From contig JBCCHT010000005.1 of the NCBI GenBank assembly GCA_039028615.1, positions 1-64,000 on the forward strand: a DNA stretch of 64,000 nucleotides, read 5' to 3'. How positions within the stretch are numbered: the first letter of the stretch is position 1; each line of letters begins with the position of its first letter. This document shows, in pieces, positions 8,736-18,810 of the stretch. Position numbers and translations under genes: made by a program. The notes beneath the pieces are model-generated. The model saw only the letters and a list, made by a program, of their open reading frames with translations. It was not told the origin of the DNA and did not search any database. Source of the stretch: Myxococcota bacterium. Lineage in GTDB: Bacteria > Myxococcota_A > Polyangia > Nannocystales > Nannocystaceae.

Positions 8736-11700
8736 CTAGCTCGCCTCGGCCCCACCCAGGGGACCGATGATCATCTTGCCTGCGAACACCTGTGCGGCCT
8801 GTGCCGTGGCGCTGCAGTAGGCGCTGTACGCTTGGCTGAGGTTCCACAAGACGAAGCGCGCGGGCTCCAGGGCGATCTCCGGCCCGAGTAGCTCCACCGT
8901 CGCCGCCCAGGGCAATCGGACCATCGGCGCTTCCAGGAACGTCCCGTGCGACAATCCGGGATCATAGAAGGCCTTCCCCGCGGCGTACGTGTTCGTATCC
9001 ATGGTGTTGAGCATGTTGAACAGGCCTCCCACGCAGCCCACGATCGAGTCGGCCAGCCCCGCGGCGTCGTAGGCAAGCACCCAGGTGTTGTCTTCTGCAT
9101 CGAGGGCCTCGTAGAACGCCGCCCCGGCTTGGGCGATGGAACAGACGCGGGCCGTGTTGCCGACGAGGAAGTCGATCACGACGGGAGAACACTGGACGCC
9201 GTTCATCGCGTTGCCCTGCGTCACGAAGCACGTGAGATCGAAGGCATTGGCGACCATTGAAGGTGCCCAGAGCTCCCACTGCCGATGGTCCTGGGTGGAG
9301 GACTTTCCGTACAGCGGATTCCGGTACAGGGGGATCGCCAGCGCGGAGCCGATGAACTTGAAGAGCAAGTTGAAGAACGACGGCAGGCTCGAGCCCACCA
9401 ACCCACCGAGACCTTGCTCGCTCCCGAGGCCGATTCGTCCGGGCCGGAAAGGATATCGCTGCATCGGCGTGACCCCGTCGGGGTTCAACTTCAGGGGCAC
9501 ACCGGTCGAGGGCATGAGGATGCTGCATGTCGCGGCCGCGCTCTTGTTGACGAACGATGCCAGGTTGAGCACGAGCGTGTAGCTGTCGTACACGATGTCT
9601 TCGTTGACCTCGACGACACCTTCACCCCCGCCCGAGAGCCAAGCCGCGGCGGCCGAGATGTCTGCTTCGACCTTCGCCTTGAGCTGACTCAGCTGGTCCT
9701 TCGAGAACATGTCGTGCCCGGCGGTGAGCTGGCCGGCGAAGGTGAGCGGCACCGCGATGAGGTAGGACGCGACCCGAGACGGCGTGGTCTGCCCCGTGTC
9801 GAGCCCACAGGTGAACTGGAGCAGCTCGCTCACGACGGGGATGTAGAGCGGAGAGGACCCGTACGCTTGGAATGCGATGAGCGCGTCTTGGAACGCCGTC
9901 GTCAGGACATCGATGGCACCGTCGGCGGCGTCGAGGAGCCAGTCGAGGAGGGACCGAAACGCCTCGAGGACGTCGTTGACGGTGATGTCCAGGATGTTGG
10001 ATGGGTTGAACCTGTGGAAGAAGGAAGAGAGCAGATCGAACACGGACTGCTCCCCCGACTCGTTCCAGTGGAGCTTGTCCCCCACCGTCGCCTTGGTGAG
10101 ATCCAAGGGGTCGAGCTCGTCGGAGGGCGAGCTCATGCTCGTGAACTCGGCTCGGCGCATGCTCGAAGGCGATTGCAGGGGGTTGTGACCGCCCACGGTC
10201 TCCGAATCGGAGACCGCGTTCGGTCGCGAGCTGAAATCGGACGGCATATCGTGCCCGGTCAAGCCGAGTGCTTGCCCGATCGAGATGTTTCCGTACTTCG
10301 AGGACTCCAGCCCCTCGAATGCCTCGTCGATCTTGGTTCGAATCGTGCCCAAGGCCGAGTGGGCTTTCTTGCCGACCCCCTCGACCGCGGCGGCAGCGAG
10401 CGTGCAGGAGCCGTCGAAGATCACCTGCACTACATCCGCGACGTCGGAGATCGTGTTCCAGTCGAACATCCACGACAGCCACTTGCGCATCGTCTGATAC
10501 GCGGTGGCGAAGGCCGCGTAGATGTCGCTCACCACGCTCATCGCCTGGTTCGCCGTCCAGTTCACGATGTGCCACGCGTAGCGAATTCCCGACTCCAGGC
10601 CGCAGAGCACGAAGGACAACACCTTGCTGTCCATGTCTGCTTCGTATTTCTCCACCAACAGCTTGCCGGCTTGGACCAAGCGATGAACGCTCGCGAACAG
10701 GGCGTTGTCTTGGGAGCTCATGGACTCCGCGAGCATGTCGATGTCGGCCTCTGCGACGCCGGAAGCCATCAGTGCTGACTTGTGCTCCGCGACCCACTCC
10801 GCGACCGCGGCCGGACTCTCGTTGACTTCCCTACGGGTGGGGCGAAGCCCTTCGAGTTCCACGACGTCCGCGTGAAGCAGGGGCCGAATCTCGCCCGTCC
10901 GTTTCGCGAGCGTGCGGTAGAACTCCGCTCGATCGACTCGGACGAGCGACGCGCACACCGGTTCCGAGGTCGTCCACCGGTCCGGGTTGTCTGAACGAGT
11001 GAAGGACACCGTGTAGGGCAAGGCCCCGGTGCGCTCGGTTTGAGCGAAGATCTCCACGTGGCCGGTCGTCGGGTGAACGGGAACACGGGGGGCGAACCCG
11101 CGTCGCATCGCCGCATCGTCGCCGAGCACCGAGCTGCACAGGTCGTTCGAGACCGTCGCGCAGGTCTCGTAGCTGTCGTCGGTCGGGTCGCGTTCGGCGG
11201 GAAGGATCGACTCGCCGAGCGGGAGTCCGGTGTTGTCCACCGGGTTGCGAATCTCGTCGGCGGTCACGGCGGAGAGCCGGGTGGCCACCGCGGAGGTCGG
11301 AAGGACTACGGCCGGCGCTCCTTCCTCTGCGTTCGGGCTGGAACCGGAGAATTCGAGCGTCGGCGCGGACAGATCGTGCGAGGTTATTGCGATCGCGCAC
11401 CCGACCGGCACGCTGGTCCACTTGTCTGGAGTCAGGAAGGTCACCCGACCGTCGATCAAGCACTCGCTCGGAACCGATGCTCGCACCAAGATCGGCCGAT
11501 CGCTCGCGTGAGCGGCGTAGTTGCCGGACTCGACCGGCGGGGCCGTGGGCGAAGGGATGAACTGAACGGAATAGACCGGCACTGCGAACGGAGCTTGGTC
11601 GCCCGGCTCGCCGGGGTCTTCGCGCGTGGCGTCGGCGGAGATCGGAATGGGGTTGAGGGCATCGTGGGACGGATCGCTGACCGGCCAGCTCGTGATCGGC

Positions 11701-13355
11701 GAGAGCGAATCGGGGTGGCTCACCGCGGTGAAGAACACGCAGGAGTTTCCGCGACCTTGGTCGGAAGCCTGGCTTCCGTCGTCCGAGAAGTACGTGGCCG
11801 AGATCGCGCTCACGTCGTTCTGAAACGGCCCAAAGGGAGGGAGCTCGTTCTCGGAGTTGTCCTTGGCGTCAGCCACAGAGGTCCCGGTGTTCGGCGCTCC
11901 GTCGTTTTCGTACCGGTCGGAGCCTTCGGGGATCACGGCATCCACCGCGACCATGCCGCTGAAGTACTCGTTGTTGACGTGATTGGACCCGCCGACACAC
12001 ATGGCGAAGACGCCTTGCGACGTGTCGTCGTTCGGCGCCAGCAGCTGCGCCACTCGTAGGATGTCGGGGTAGTTGGCCGGGGATTGACCGGGGAGCCCCA
12101 GGTCGTGAAATCGGCCGATATTCGCCATGTTGCCCGCTCCTGTCGGGCCACCATTGCCATCACCTGAAGACGTGTTGTTCAGGTACATGATGTTCACCAC
12201 ATTGGAGAGCGAACCGCTGTTTCGCTCCACCTTGTCGGCGAAGAACGCGAGCGCGAGTGCGAAGCTGGACTCGTCTTCGCCGGGGAGGCACACCAGGTCC
12301 AGGGCCAAGACCGCGTTGATGTTGGTGTCGGACTGACCCGTCGTACACTGGACGTTGCGCTTGCGACCCACGGACTGGAACGACCACGAAACGGACGAGC
12401 CCGGCTCCGTCTGAAGCTGCGAACTCCCCGCCACGCACGTCAGCACGCATTGGGTCTGTGTCTTGGTGTTCTTGTCGCCCGAGCCGTCGTCCTTGGCCCT
12501 CCCGGTGACCGCGAACACCAAGTTCGCGTGAGGCTCGGCGGCGTCGCGGGAACACACGATATTTCCGCACCCCCACCCGGGAAGAAAGCACCCCTTCTTG
12601 GCGCTCGAGAGGCTCGACTGCAGCGGCACGAGGATATCGCGCGACTCGCTCGACGGTTCACCACGCCACGGCCCAGCGCCGTACTCGTTGCTCGTCCCGT
12701 CCATGCGGATGCTGGTGATGACGTCGATGGGAGACGGGGCCTCAGGCTGATCGCTCAGCGGGTGCTTTTGAAAGTACGAGCAGGAGAACATCGAAACCGA
12801 CCGCCCCTGCTGGATCCCGAACCAGACGAGGTCACCCTCGCCGTTGTTGGCGACGTGCGGCAATGAGCCCGCGGCAACCGCCTGAATCCAGTCGCCGAAG
12901 GTGAGCTGTTCGCCGACTCCGCTTTCGACCAACCCGCTCCATTGGTCCGGTTCGGCCGAGGGATCGCCGCAGAGGGCCACGTACACGAACAACTGGGTGC
13001 AGACCACGAGAAACGCCCGCCCATCGTCGACGACGGTGGCCGACATCGAGCGAAGTTCGGCCAGGCTGGGACCATCGGTCGGGTTTCCCTGCGAGTCGAC
13101 ATACGGGATTTTTGTCGGAGCGCTCCAGCCCGTCTTGGCGCTCTTCTGCTCGATGGTGCAGTAGATCGAGCCGTCGGAATCGACCGTGAAGAGCACCGTC
13201 TTGCCACCGCAATTGACCGACTCGACGAACTTCGATCGGAGCGGGCTGGGCATCACGTACGCTTCGGTGAAGCACGCGTCGAACGCGAGATCGCTGTCTT
13301 CGAGCGCAGTCTGGCTCAGTTCGGTCAGCTGTTCAGTGGCAATGGGCTTGTTCAT
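8736..13355 (-). CDS. Large hypothetical protein (~1539 aa): beta-rich N-terminal half, helical/hydrophobic C-terminal third
   Basis: Long ORF; ATG at 13355 (MNKPIATE) preceded by AGGAG; no signal peptide. Confidence 0.8.
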   Translation of the reverse strand: MNKPIATEQLTELSQTALEDSDLAFDACFTEAYVMPSPLRSKFVESVNCGGKTVLFTVDSDGSIYCTIEQKSAKTGWSAPTKIPYVDSQGNPTDGPSLAELRSMSATVVDDGRAFLVVCTQLFVYVALCGDPSAEPDQWSGLVESGVGEQLTFGDWIQAVAAGSLPHVANNGEGDLVWFGIQQGRSVSMFSCSYFQKHPLSDQPEAPSPIDVITSIRMDGTSNEYGAGPWRGEPSSESRDILVPLQSSLSSAKKGCFLPGWGCGNIVCSRDAAEPHANLVFAVTGRAKDDGSGDKNTKTQTQCVLTCVAGSSQLQTEPGSSVSWSFQSVGRKRNVQCTTGQSDTNINAVLALDLVCLPGEDESSFALALAFFADKVERNSGSLSNVVNIMYLNNTSSGDGNGGPTGAGNMANIGRFHDLGLPGQSPANYPDILRVAQLLAPNDDTSQGVFAMCVGGSNHVNNEYFSGMVAVDAVIPEGSDRYENDGAPNTGTSVADAKDNSENELPPFGPFQNDVSAISATYFSDDGSQASDQGRGNSCVFFTAVSHPDSLSPITSWPVSDPSHDALNPIPISADATREDPGEPGDQAPFAVPVYSVQFIPSPTAPPVESGNYAAHASDRPILVRASVPSECLIDGRVTFLTPDKWTSVPVGCAIAITSHDLSAPTLEFSGSSPNAEEGAPAVVLPTSAVATRLSAVTADEIRNPVDNTGLPLGESILPAERDPTDDSYETCATVSNDLCSSVLGDDAAMRRGFAPRVPVHPTTGHVEIFAQTERTGALPYTVSFTRSDNPDRWTTSEPVCASLVRVDRAEFYRTLAKRTGEIRPLLHADVVELEGLRPTRREVNESPAAVAEWVAEHKSALMASGVAEADIDMLAESMSSQDNALFASVHRLVQAGKLLVEKYEADMDSKVLSFVLCGLESGIRYAWHIVNWTANQAMSVVSDIYAAFATAYQTMRKWLSWMFDWNTISDVADVVQVIFDGSCTLAAAAVEGVGKKAHSALGTIRTKIDEAFEGLESSKYGNISIGQALGLTGHDMPSDFSSRPNAVSDSETVGGHNPLQSPSSMRRAEFTSMSSPSDELDPLDLTKATVGDKLHWNESGEQSVFDLLSSFFHRFNPSNILDITVNDVLEAFRSLLDWLLDAADGAIDVLTTAFQDALIAFQAYGSSPLYIPVVSELLQFTCGLDTGQTTPSRVASYLIAVPLTFAGQLTAGHDMFSKDQLSQLKAKVEADISAAAAWLSGGGEGVVEVNEDIVYDSYTLVLNLASFVNKSAAATCSILMPSTGVPLKLNPDGVTPMQRYPFRPGRIGLGSEQGLGGLVGSSLPSFFNLLFKFIGSALAIPLYRNPLYGKSSTQDHRQWELWAPSMVANAFDLTCFVTQGNAMNGVQCSPVVIDFLVGNTARVCSIAQAGAAFYEALDAEDNTWVLAYDAAGLADSIVGCVGGLFNMLNTMDTNTYAAGKAFYDPGLSHGTFLEAPMVRLPWAATVELLGPEIALEPARFVLWNLSQAYSAYCSATAQAAQVFAGKMIIGPLGGAEAS

Positions 13356-13503
13356 TTCCGGGCTCCTACGTGTCGCGAGACGGTTCCCACGGGCATCGTG
13401 GGCTTCGGGGGGTAGTGACCGTCGAGTGCGATCGGATTGCGGACGACGACGGTTTCTCTCGAAGGTGTTGTCAACGTGTCCGGATCGCCGCAGGTTGACG
13501 TTC

Positions 13504-14160
13504 GTGAACGACTGGTCGACACGACGAACCGTCATTGGTGGAGCGATCATCGCGATCATCCTGTGGTCTGCGTGCAGGAACGCCGACGGACAGCAGGACT
13601 CCTCACCACGGTCCACGGCGGCCAGCCCTGCCGCTGGCCGCGACCCGTCGCCCAGCCTGGCGAACCCGGAGGCCCCCCGGTTCGTCGAGGCGGAGCTACC
13701 ACGCACGACCGCGGTCGCGACCGGCTTCGCTGGCGCTGGGCTCTACGTGCTACTCGGCAGCCCCGGTTCGCTGGCGCTGGTGCGGACCGATGGCGAGTTC
13801 GCCCCGATCTCGTTGCTCATGCCGAGCTCCAACCACAACAATCGATGGCGGTTTCAGAACCCAGGCGAGCGGCTCGAGGCCTCGGACTCCCGCCTCGACA
13901 CGCTCATCCGAGTCCCGCACGAAGGCTTCTACCGAACCACCCGCGAGCTCCTGTTTGGCACCGATGGCCTATGGACGGCCGGGGCCATCGTGCAGCTCGG
14001 CTACGACGTCGAAGGGGCGCCCCTCATCTTCATCGCTCAGTATCGGATGCACTCCGATTCGTTGTTCTTCTCCGACAAGGGGATTCGGATCACTCGCGAG
14101 CAGCTGAAGTGGCTGGAGCCTCTCAACTGGTACGAGCACCCCGAAGACCCCGCGGAATAG
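13504..14160 (+). CDS. Hypothetical exported or lipoprotein-like protein
   Basis: Hydrophobic N-terminus IGGAIIAIILWSAC; conserved-looking EGFYR and VQLGYDxEG motifs; start approximate. Confidence 0.6.
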   Translation: MNDWSTRRTVIGGAIIAIILWSACRNADGQQDSSPRSTAASPAAGRDPSPSLANPEAPRFVEAELPRTTAVATGFAGAGLYVLLGSPGSLALVRTDGEFAPISLLMPSSNHNNRWRFQNPGERLEASDSRLDTLIRVPHEGFYRTTRELLFGTDGLWTAGAIVQLGYDVEGAPLIFIAQYRMHSDSLFFSDKGIRITREQLKWLEPLNWYEHPEDPAE

Positions 14161-14164
14161 TCGA

Positions 14165-14199
14165 GGCGGTCATTGAACCCGCGGAGAGCAATGACCGCC
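14165..14199. terminator. Stem-loop between convergent genes
   Basis: Perfect 11-bp inverted repeat GGCGGTCATTG / CAATGACCGCC. Confidence 0.55.
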
Positions 14200-14230
14200 C
14201 GAACAACCACGAGGCCGCCGCTCACGGCTT

Positions 14231-14974
14231 CTAGTAGAGCCCGAGCAGCTCTCGCCACGTGCGACCGCCCGGGTCGACACGCCCATCGGGCTTCCGCAGG
14301 AACTCGGCCTGGAAATCCGTGATCGCCTTGATCGTCTTGGGTCCGACGAGCCCATCGATCGGCCCCGGATCGACCCCGTGGTCGGCGAGCAGCTGCTGCA
14401 CCGCCTCCACGTCGTCGCGGTCGTTCTTTCCGCCTTTGCCGACCGAACCACCCAGCTGCTGCATCTGGGTGTCATCCACCGTCCACAGCATCACCTTCGA
14501 GGCACGGTTGAAGTACCCCGCGTGGCGACAGGTGGTGCCGTTCCACAGGTCGACGTGACCGGTGGCGTCGTTCCAGCCATCGACGTCGAAGATGATCACC
14601 CCTTGGCGACCGACGAAACCCTCGGGGGCGTTGTTCTCCGCCGCGGTGGCGACGTCTTCGTCGCTCGCGCCCGCGTAGGTGTATTCGACGGCCGGGTCGC
14701 CGTACTTGCGCTTCATGTAGCGGGTGAACTCGCGGACGCGCAGGGCGTAGTTGAGGCCGTCGCCGCCCTTGATGGTCAGGATTTCGTCGTTGCGACTGCG
14801 GGGAATCGGGTTGCCCGAGTAGTTGAACGAACGGCTCACCCGCAGGACGCAGGTGTTGGTGATCCGGTCGGACTCGGCCCGACCTCCGATGATGTGCTTG
14901 GCCTCGTCGGCCGTTCTTCCGGGGGCGGGATAGGCATCCCACATCTTGTCGAAGTCTTGCAGTCGTGCCGGCAT
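14231..14974 (-). CDS. Tae4-like peptidoglycan amidase fused to a C-terminal peptidoglycan-binding domain
   Basis: NTCVLRVSRSFN (catalytic Cys) and GVIIF..GWNDATGHVDLWNG (catalytic His); C-terminal DVEAVQQLL...DGLVGPKTIKAITDFQ...DGRVDPGGRT. Confidence 0.8.
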   Translation of the reverse strand: MPARLQDFDKMWDAYPAPGRTADEAKHIIGGRAESDRITNTCVLRVSRSFNYSGNPIPRSRNDEILTIKGGDGLNYALRVREFTRYMKRKYGDPAVEYTYAGASDEDVATAAENNAPEGFVGRQGVIIFDVDGWNDATGHVDLWNGTTCRHAGYFNRASKVMLWTVDDTQMQQLGGSVGKGGKNDRDDVEAVQQLLADHGVDPGPIDGLVGPKTIKAITDFQAEFLRKPDGRVDPGGRTWRELLGLY

Positions 14975-15091
14975 CGGGACCGACGATAGCCGGAAATCCG
15001 CGGGCGTCGGTGTGCATCGGCCAATCCCCGCGGGACGACGTACCGCGCCGGTTGTCGCGCTGCCGGGGCGGCGAACGAGCAGCGAAGATGC

Positions 15092-16036
15092 TCAGCCGTC
15101 GTGCTTGCCCGTGAGGGCGGCGGCGGTCTGCTCGAGGCCCTCGGACAGCGGGGTGGGCTCGCCGACGCGGGTGCGGAAGGGGGCGGGGTCGAGGACGGAA
15201 CGCTCGACGTCGCCGGGCCGGGGGGGGGCGTCGACCAAGGTGGGCTCGCGGTCCATGGCGCGGGCGAGGGTCTGGGCGAGGCTGCGGGTGGAGGTGCCTT
15301 CCCCGGTGCCGACGTCGAAAATCTCGCCGTCGAGCTGGCCTTCGCTGGCGAGGCGATGGGCTCGCACGACGTCGCCGACGAACACGTAGTCGCGGATGCA
15401 GCCGTCGTCGCCCGTGTCCTTGCGGGCGTTGATCTGCAAGGCGTGGCCGCCGTGCATGCGGTCGACGAAGATCGCGACGACGCCCGCTTCACCGTGGGGG
15501 TCTTGGCGCGGGCCGTAGATGTTGGCGTAGCGCAAGATGGCCGTCTGCAGGCCGTGGGCGCGGCGGTAGTAGTCGAGATAGGTCTCGGCGGACAGCTTGG
15601 CGCACGCGTAGCCGGAGAAGGGGCGCGCGGGGCTGGCGATGCCGGCTCGCTCGCCATCGGGGACTTCGCCGTAGATGGCTCCGCCCGTGCTGGCGAACAC
15701 GAAGCGTCGGGTCCCGTGTCGCCGGGCGGCCTCGAGGACGTTGACGGTGCCGAGCAGGTTGACGGCGGCGTCGTCGGAGGGCGCGCGCACGCTCACCGAG
15801 ACGCTGGTCTGAGCGGCGTGGTGGCTGACCAGCTCGGGCTGGATGCGAGCGAAGGCGGCCTGCACGGCGGCCTCGTCTCGGATGTCGGCGACGATGAGCT
15901 CGACCCCGGCGGGCACGTTCTCGCGGCGACCGGTGGCGAGGTTGTCGAGGACGGTGACCGCGTGCCCGGCCGCGAGCAAGTCGTCGACTACGTGGCTGCC
16001 GATGAAGCCGGCCCCGCCGGTCACGAGCGCTCGCAT
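15092..16036 (-). CDS. NAD-dependent epimerase/dehydratase (UDP-glucose 4-epimerase-like)
   Basis: TGGAGFIGSH, ASTGGAIYG, YxxxK (YACAK) and LRYANIYGPRQ. Confidence 0.9.
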   Translation of the reverse strand: MRALVTGGAGFIGSHVVDDLLAAGHAVTVLDNLATGRRENVPAGVELIVADIRDEAAVQAAFARIQPELVSHHAAQTSVSVSVRAPSDDAAVNLLGTVNVLEAARRHGTRRFVFASTGGAIYGEVPDGERAGIASPARPFSGYACAKLSAETYLDYYRRAHGLQTAILRYANIYGPRQDPHGEAGVVAIFVDRMHGGHALQINARKDTGDDGCIRDYVFVGDVVRAHRLASEGQLDGEIFDVGTGEGTSTRSLAQTLARAMDREPTLVDAPPRPGDVERSVLDPAPFRTRVGEPTPLSEGLEQTAAALTGKHDG

Positions 16037-16081
16037 GAATCGACTCTACAACGGATCGCGGGCGCGTCGGGCCCGACCACG

Positions 16082-17869
16082 CTACTGGGCGGCGGGGACC
16101 TGCTGGCCGTCGCCCGAGGCCTGGCGCGTGACGAGCTTGGCGTAGGCCCCACCCACGGCGACGAGCTCGTCGTGAGTCCCTTGTTCGGCCACCTTGCCGT
16201 CCTCCAAGACCACGATGGAATGGGCGTGGCGGATGGTGCTGAGGCGGTGGGCGATGACGAGGGTGGTGCGGTCGCGCTGGAGGGTGTCGAGGGCTTCCTG
16301 CACGAGGTGCTCGCTCTCGGCATCGAGCGCGGAGGTGGCCTCGTCGAGGATGAGCACGGGCGGGTCCCGCAGGATGGCGCGCGCGATGGAGACGCGCTGG
16401 CGCTGCCCGCCGGAGAGCTGGACCCCGCGCTCACCGACCCGGGTGTCGTAGCCCTCGGGGAAGTCGGCGATGAAGTCGTGGGCGTTGGCGGCCCGAGCCG
16501 CGGCCTCGATCTCGGCATCGGTGGCGTCGAGTCGGCCGTAGCGGATGTTTTCTCCGATGGACCCGGAAAAGAGCACCGGGTCTTGGGACACGAGCGCCAT
16601 GTGGCCACGGAGGCTGGGCAGCTGGATGTCGCGCAGGTCGGTGCCGTCGATGGTGATGCGACCTTCCTGCGGATCGTAAAAGCGCAGCAGCAGCCGGCCC
16701 AGCGTGGTCTTGCCCGAGCCGCTCGCACCGACCAGAGCGCAGACCTGCCCCGGCTGGACGCGGAGGTCGATGCCCTGGACGACGGTGGTGTCGCGGTCGG
16801 CGTACGAGAAGCTCACGTTGTCGAAGTGCAGCTCGCCCTTCACCGCCTCGAGCGGCTTGGCGTCGGGGCGATCGGTGATGCCGGGCGGGGTGTCGAGGAT
16901 CTCGAAGATGCGCGCGCTGGCCCCCAGGGCGAGCTGGAAGCTACTCCACACGCCAGACATGGCCGCGACCGCGCCCGCCACCAGCATGGTGTAGAGCATG
17001 AACTCGGTGAGGTCGCCGGCCGAAATCTCGCCGTTGGCCACCATGCGCCCGCCCTGCCAGAAGATGCCGGCCAGGGTGCCGAAGGCGAGGAAGCTCGACA
17101 CGCTGATGAACCACGAGCGCGCGATGGTCCGGTGCACGAACATCGCGAACGCATCGAGCACGTTGCTGCGGTAGCGCTTGGTCTCGTGGTCCTCGCGGGT
17201 GAAGGCCTGCACCGTCTCGATGGCGGCGAGGCCCTCTTGCAGCCCGCCGCTGGCCTCGGCGAGCCGGTCTTGGGCCTTGCGGGCGAGCCCGCGAATCTTG
17301 CGACCGAGGAACACGGTCATGACGCTCAGCGGAGGCACGACGGCCAGCATCACCGCGGTGAGGTACGGGTTGGTCCACACCAAGATGGCGATGCCGCCGA
17401 TGAGCGTGACCAGGTTGCGCAGGGCCATGCTGAGGTCCTGCGAGACGGTGTCTTGGAGCTGGCCGACGTCGTCGCTCATGCGCGACAGCAGCTCGCCCGT
17501 GCGCTGGCGATGGAAGAACGCCTGCGACATGCTCACCAGGTGCCGATAGACCTGGACCCGCAGGTCGACCACCACCCGCAGACCGACCCAGGTCATGAGG
17601 TAGTGGCGGAAGAACACGAAGAACGCCTGCAAGGCGAAGATGGCCACCAGCAGCACGGTGCTGCGGTTGAGCTGGGCGACGTCCTTGTTGGTGAAGGCGG
17701 CGTCGATGACATCGCCGAAGAACGAGGGGTAGACCAGCCCGAGGCTGCTGCCGACCGCCAGGCACACCAGGGCGATGGCCAGCCGCCCGCGATAGGGGAT
17801 CACGTACCGGAAGGTCCGGCGGAGCCGCGCGATGGGGCGCAGGCGGTCGATGTCAGACTCTTCGGCCAT
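16082..17869 (-). CDS. ABC exporter, fused permease and ATPase (MsbA/ABCB-like)
   Basis: N-terminal TM domain; Walker A GASGSGKT; signature LSGGQRQR; Walker B ILDEATSALD; IAHRLST. Confidence 0.92.
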   Translation of the reverse strand: MAEESDIDRLRPIARLRRTFRYVIPYRGRLAIALVCLAVGSSLGLVYPSFFGDVIDAAFTNKDVAQLNRSTVLLVAIFALQAFFVFFRHYLMTWVGLRVVVDLRVQVYRHLVSMSQAFFHRQRTGELLSRMSDDVGQLQDTVSQDLSMALRNLVTLIGGIAILVWTNPYLTAVMLAVVPPLSVMTVFLGRKIRGLARKAQDRLAEASGGLQEGLAAIETVQAFTREDHETKRYRSNVLDAFAMFVHRTIARSWFISVSSFLAFGTLAGIFWQGGRMVANGEISAGDLTEFMLYTMLVAGAVAAMSGVWSSFQLALGASARIFEILDTPPGITDRPDAKPLEAVKGELHFDNVSFSYADRDTTVVQGIDLRVQPGQVCALVGASGSGKTTLGRLLLRFYDPQEGRITIDGTDLRDIQLPSLRGHMALVSQDPVLFSGSIGENIRYGRLDATDAEIEAAARAANAHDFIADFPEGYDTRVGERGVQLSGGQRQRVSIARAILRDPPVLILDEATSALDAESEHLVQEALDTLQRDRTTLVIAHRLSTIRHAHSIVVLEDGKVAEQGTHDELVAVGGAYAKLVTRQASGDGQQVPAAQ

Positions 17870-17972
17870 GGCGAGGGGGAGGCTAGCCCTTCTGGCGGGG
17901 GTAGCAACCGGTCGTTCGGGTGGGCCCGGGGCCAATGGCACGCCATGAGCGGGGCGAGGTATCCTCTGCGGC

Positions 17973-18803
17973 ATGCCGCGCACTCCCCCGATCTCGGCGA
18001 TCTTGGGGTGGACCCTGCTGATGCCGGGGTTTTCCGCGTGTAGCTTGGCTGAAGAAGGCATTCCTCCCGGCAAGCTGGCGGTGGTGGGCGAGACGGTGCT
18101 CGGCCCCGAGGAGCTGTCCGGGGTGCAGAGCCAGCTGGGCTCCTACGCGCAGCTTCGCTTCAAGGGGCGAGAGGGGCGCGGGGCGCTGCTCGAGGCGTTG
18201 GTCGCCGCGGAGCTGCTGGCCCAGGAGGCGATCGACCAGGGGCTCGGCGACGATCCTCGCGTGGAGTTTGCGTTGCTCGAGGAGGAGGCCGCGGTCTATC
18301 TCGCGGCGGAGCTCGAGCGTCGGGTGCCGCGGGCCGAGGTCGCGGGGGACACGGCCGCGCTTCAGGCCTGGTACGACGGGCATCCCGACGAGTTCTGGCG
18401 GCCCGAGCAGCGCAACATCGAAGGGGTGGTCATGCCGGACTCTCCGTCGGCGGAGGCCGCGCTGGCCCGTCTGCACGCGGGGGAGGTCACGCTCGCCGAG
18501 CTAGGGGAGACCATCGCGACGCCGCTGCAGGCTCGCGACGATCACGAGCACCCCGGGTTTCACGCGATCGTGTTCGATCCCTCGGTGTTGAGCGCTGGCG
18601 ACCTGCTGCCCTTTCCCGTGGTCATCGCGCGGACGATCATCGTGGGGCGGGTGCAGCAGATCGTCGCGGCCAAGCGCCGCCCCTTCGACGACCCGCAGGT
18701 CCAAGAGCGGCTGGTCCAAGAAGTTCGGGCGCCGCTGGTGGCGAAGGCTCAGGCGGAGCTGATGGCCGAGCTGGCCGAGCGCTTCCCCGAGCGCGCCCCG
18801 TGA
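17973..18803 (+). CDS. PpiC/PrsA-like peptidyl-prolyl isomerase or chaperone lipoprotein
   Basis: Lipobox-like FSAC; LLEALVAAELLAQEAIDQGL and WYDGHPDEFWRPE typical of SurA/PrsA-type proteins. Confidence 0.7.
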   Translation: MPRTPPISAILGWTLLMPGFSACSLAEEGIPPGKLAVVGETVLGPEELSGVQSQLGSYAQLRFKGREGRGALLEALVAAELLAQEAIDQGLGDDPRVEFALLEEEAAVYLAAELERRVPRAEVAGDTAALQAWYDGHPDEFWRPEQRNIEGVVMPDSPSAEAALARLHAGEVTLAELGETIATPLQARDDHEHPGFHAIVFDPSVLSAGDLLPFPVVIARTIIVGRVQQIVAAKRRPFDDPQVQERLVQEVRAPLVAKAQAELMAELAERFPERAP

Positions 18804-18810
18804 CTTTGGA

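Noticed and set aside
13356..13706. N-terminal extension of the 1656-aa ORF
   Set aside because: It overlaps a divergent gene; AGGAG precedes the ATG at 13355.
15101..18043. 980-aa plus-strand ORF (also 47748-50981, 21265-23547, 41143-43461, 24533-26434)
   Set aside because: Antisense shadows of well-supported genes, expected from GC-rich codon bias; no motifs.
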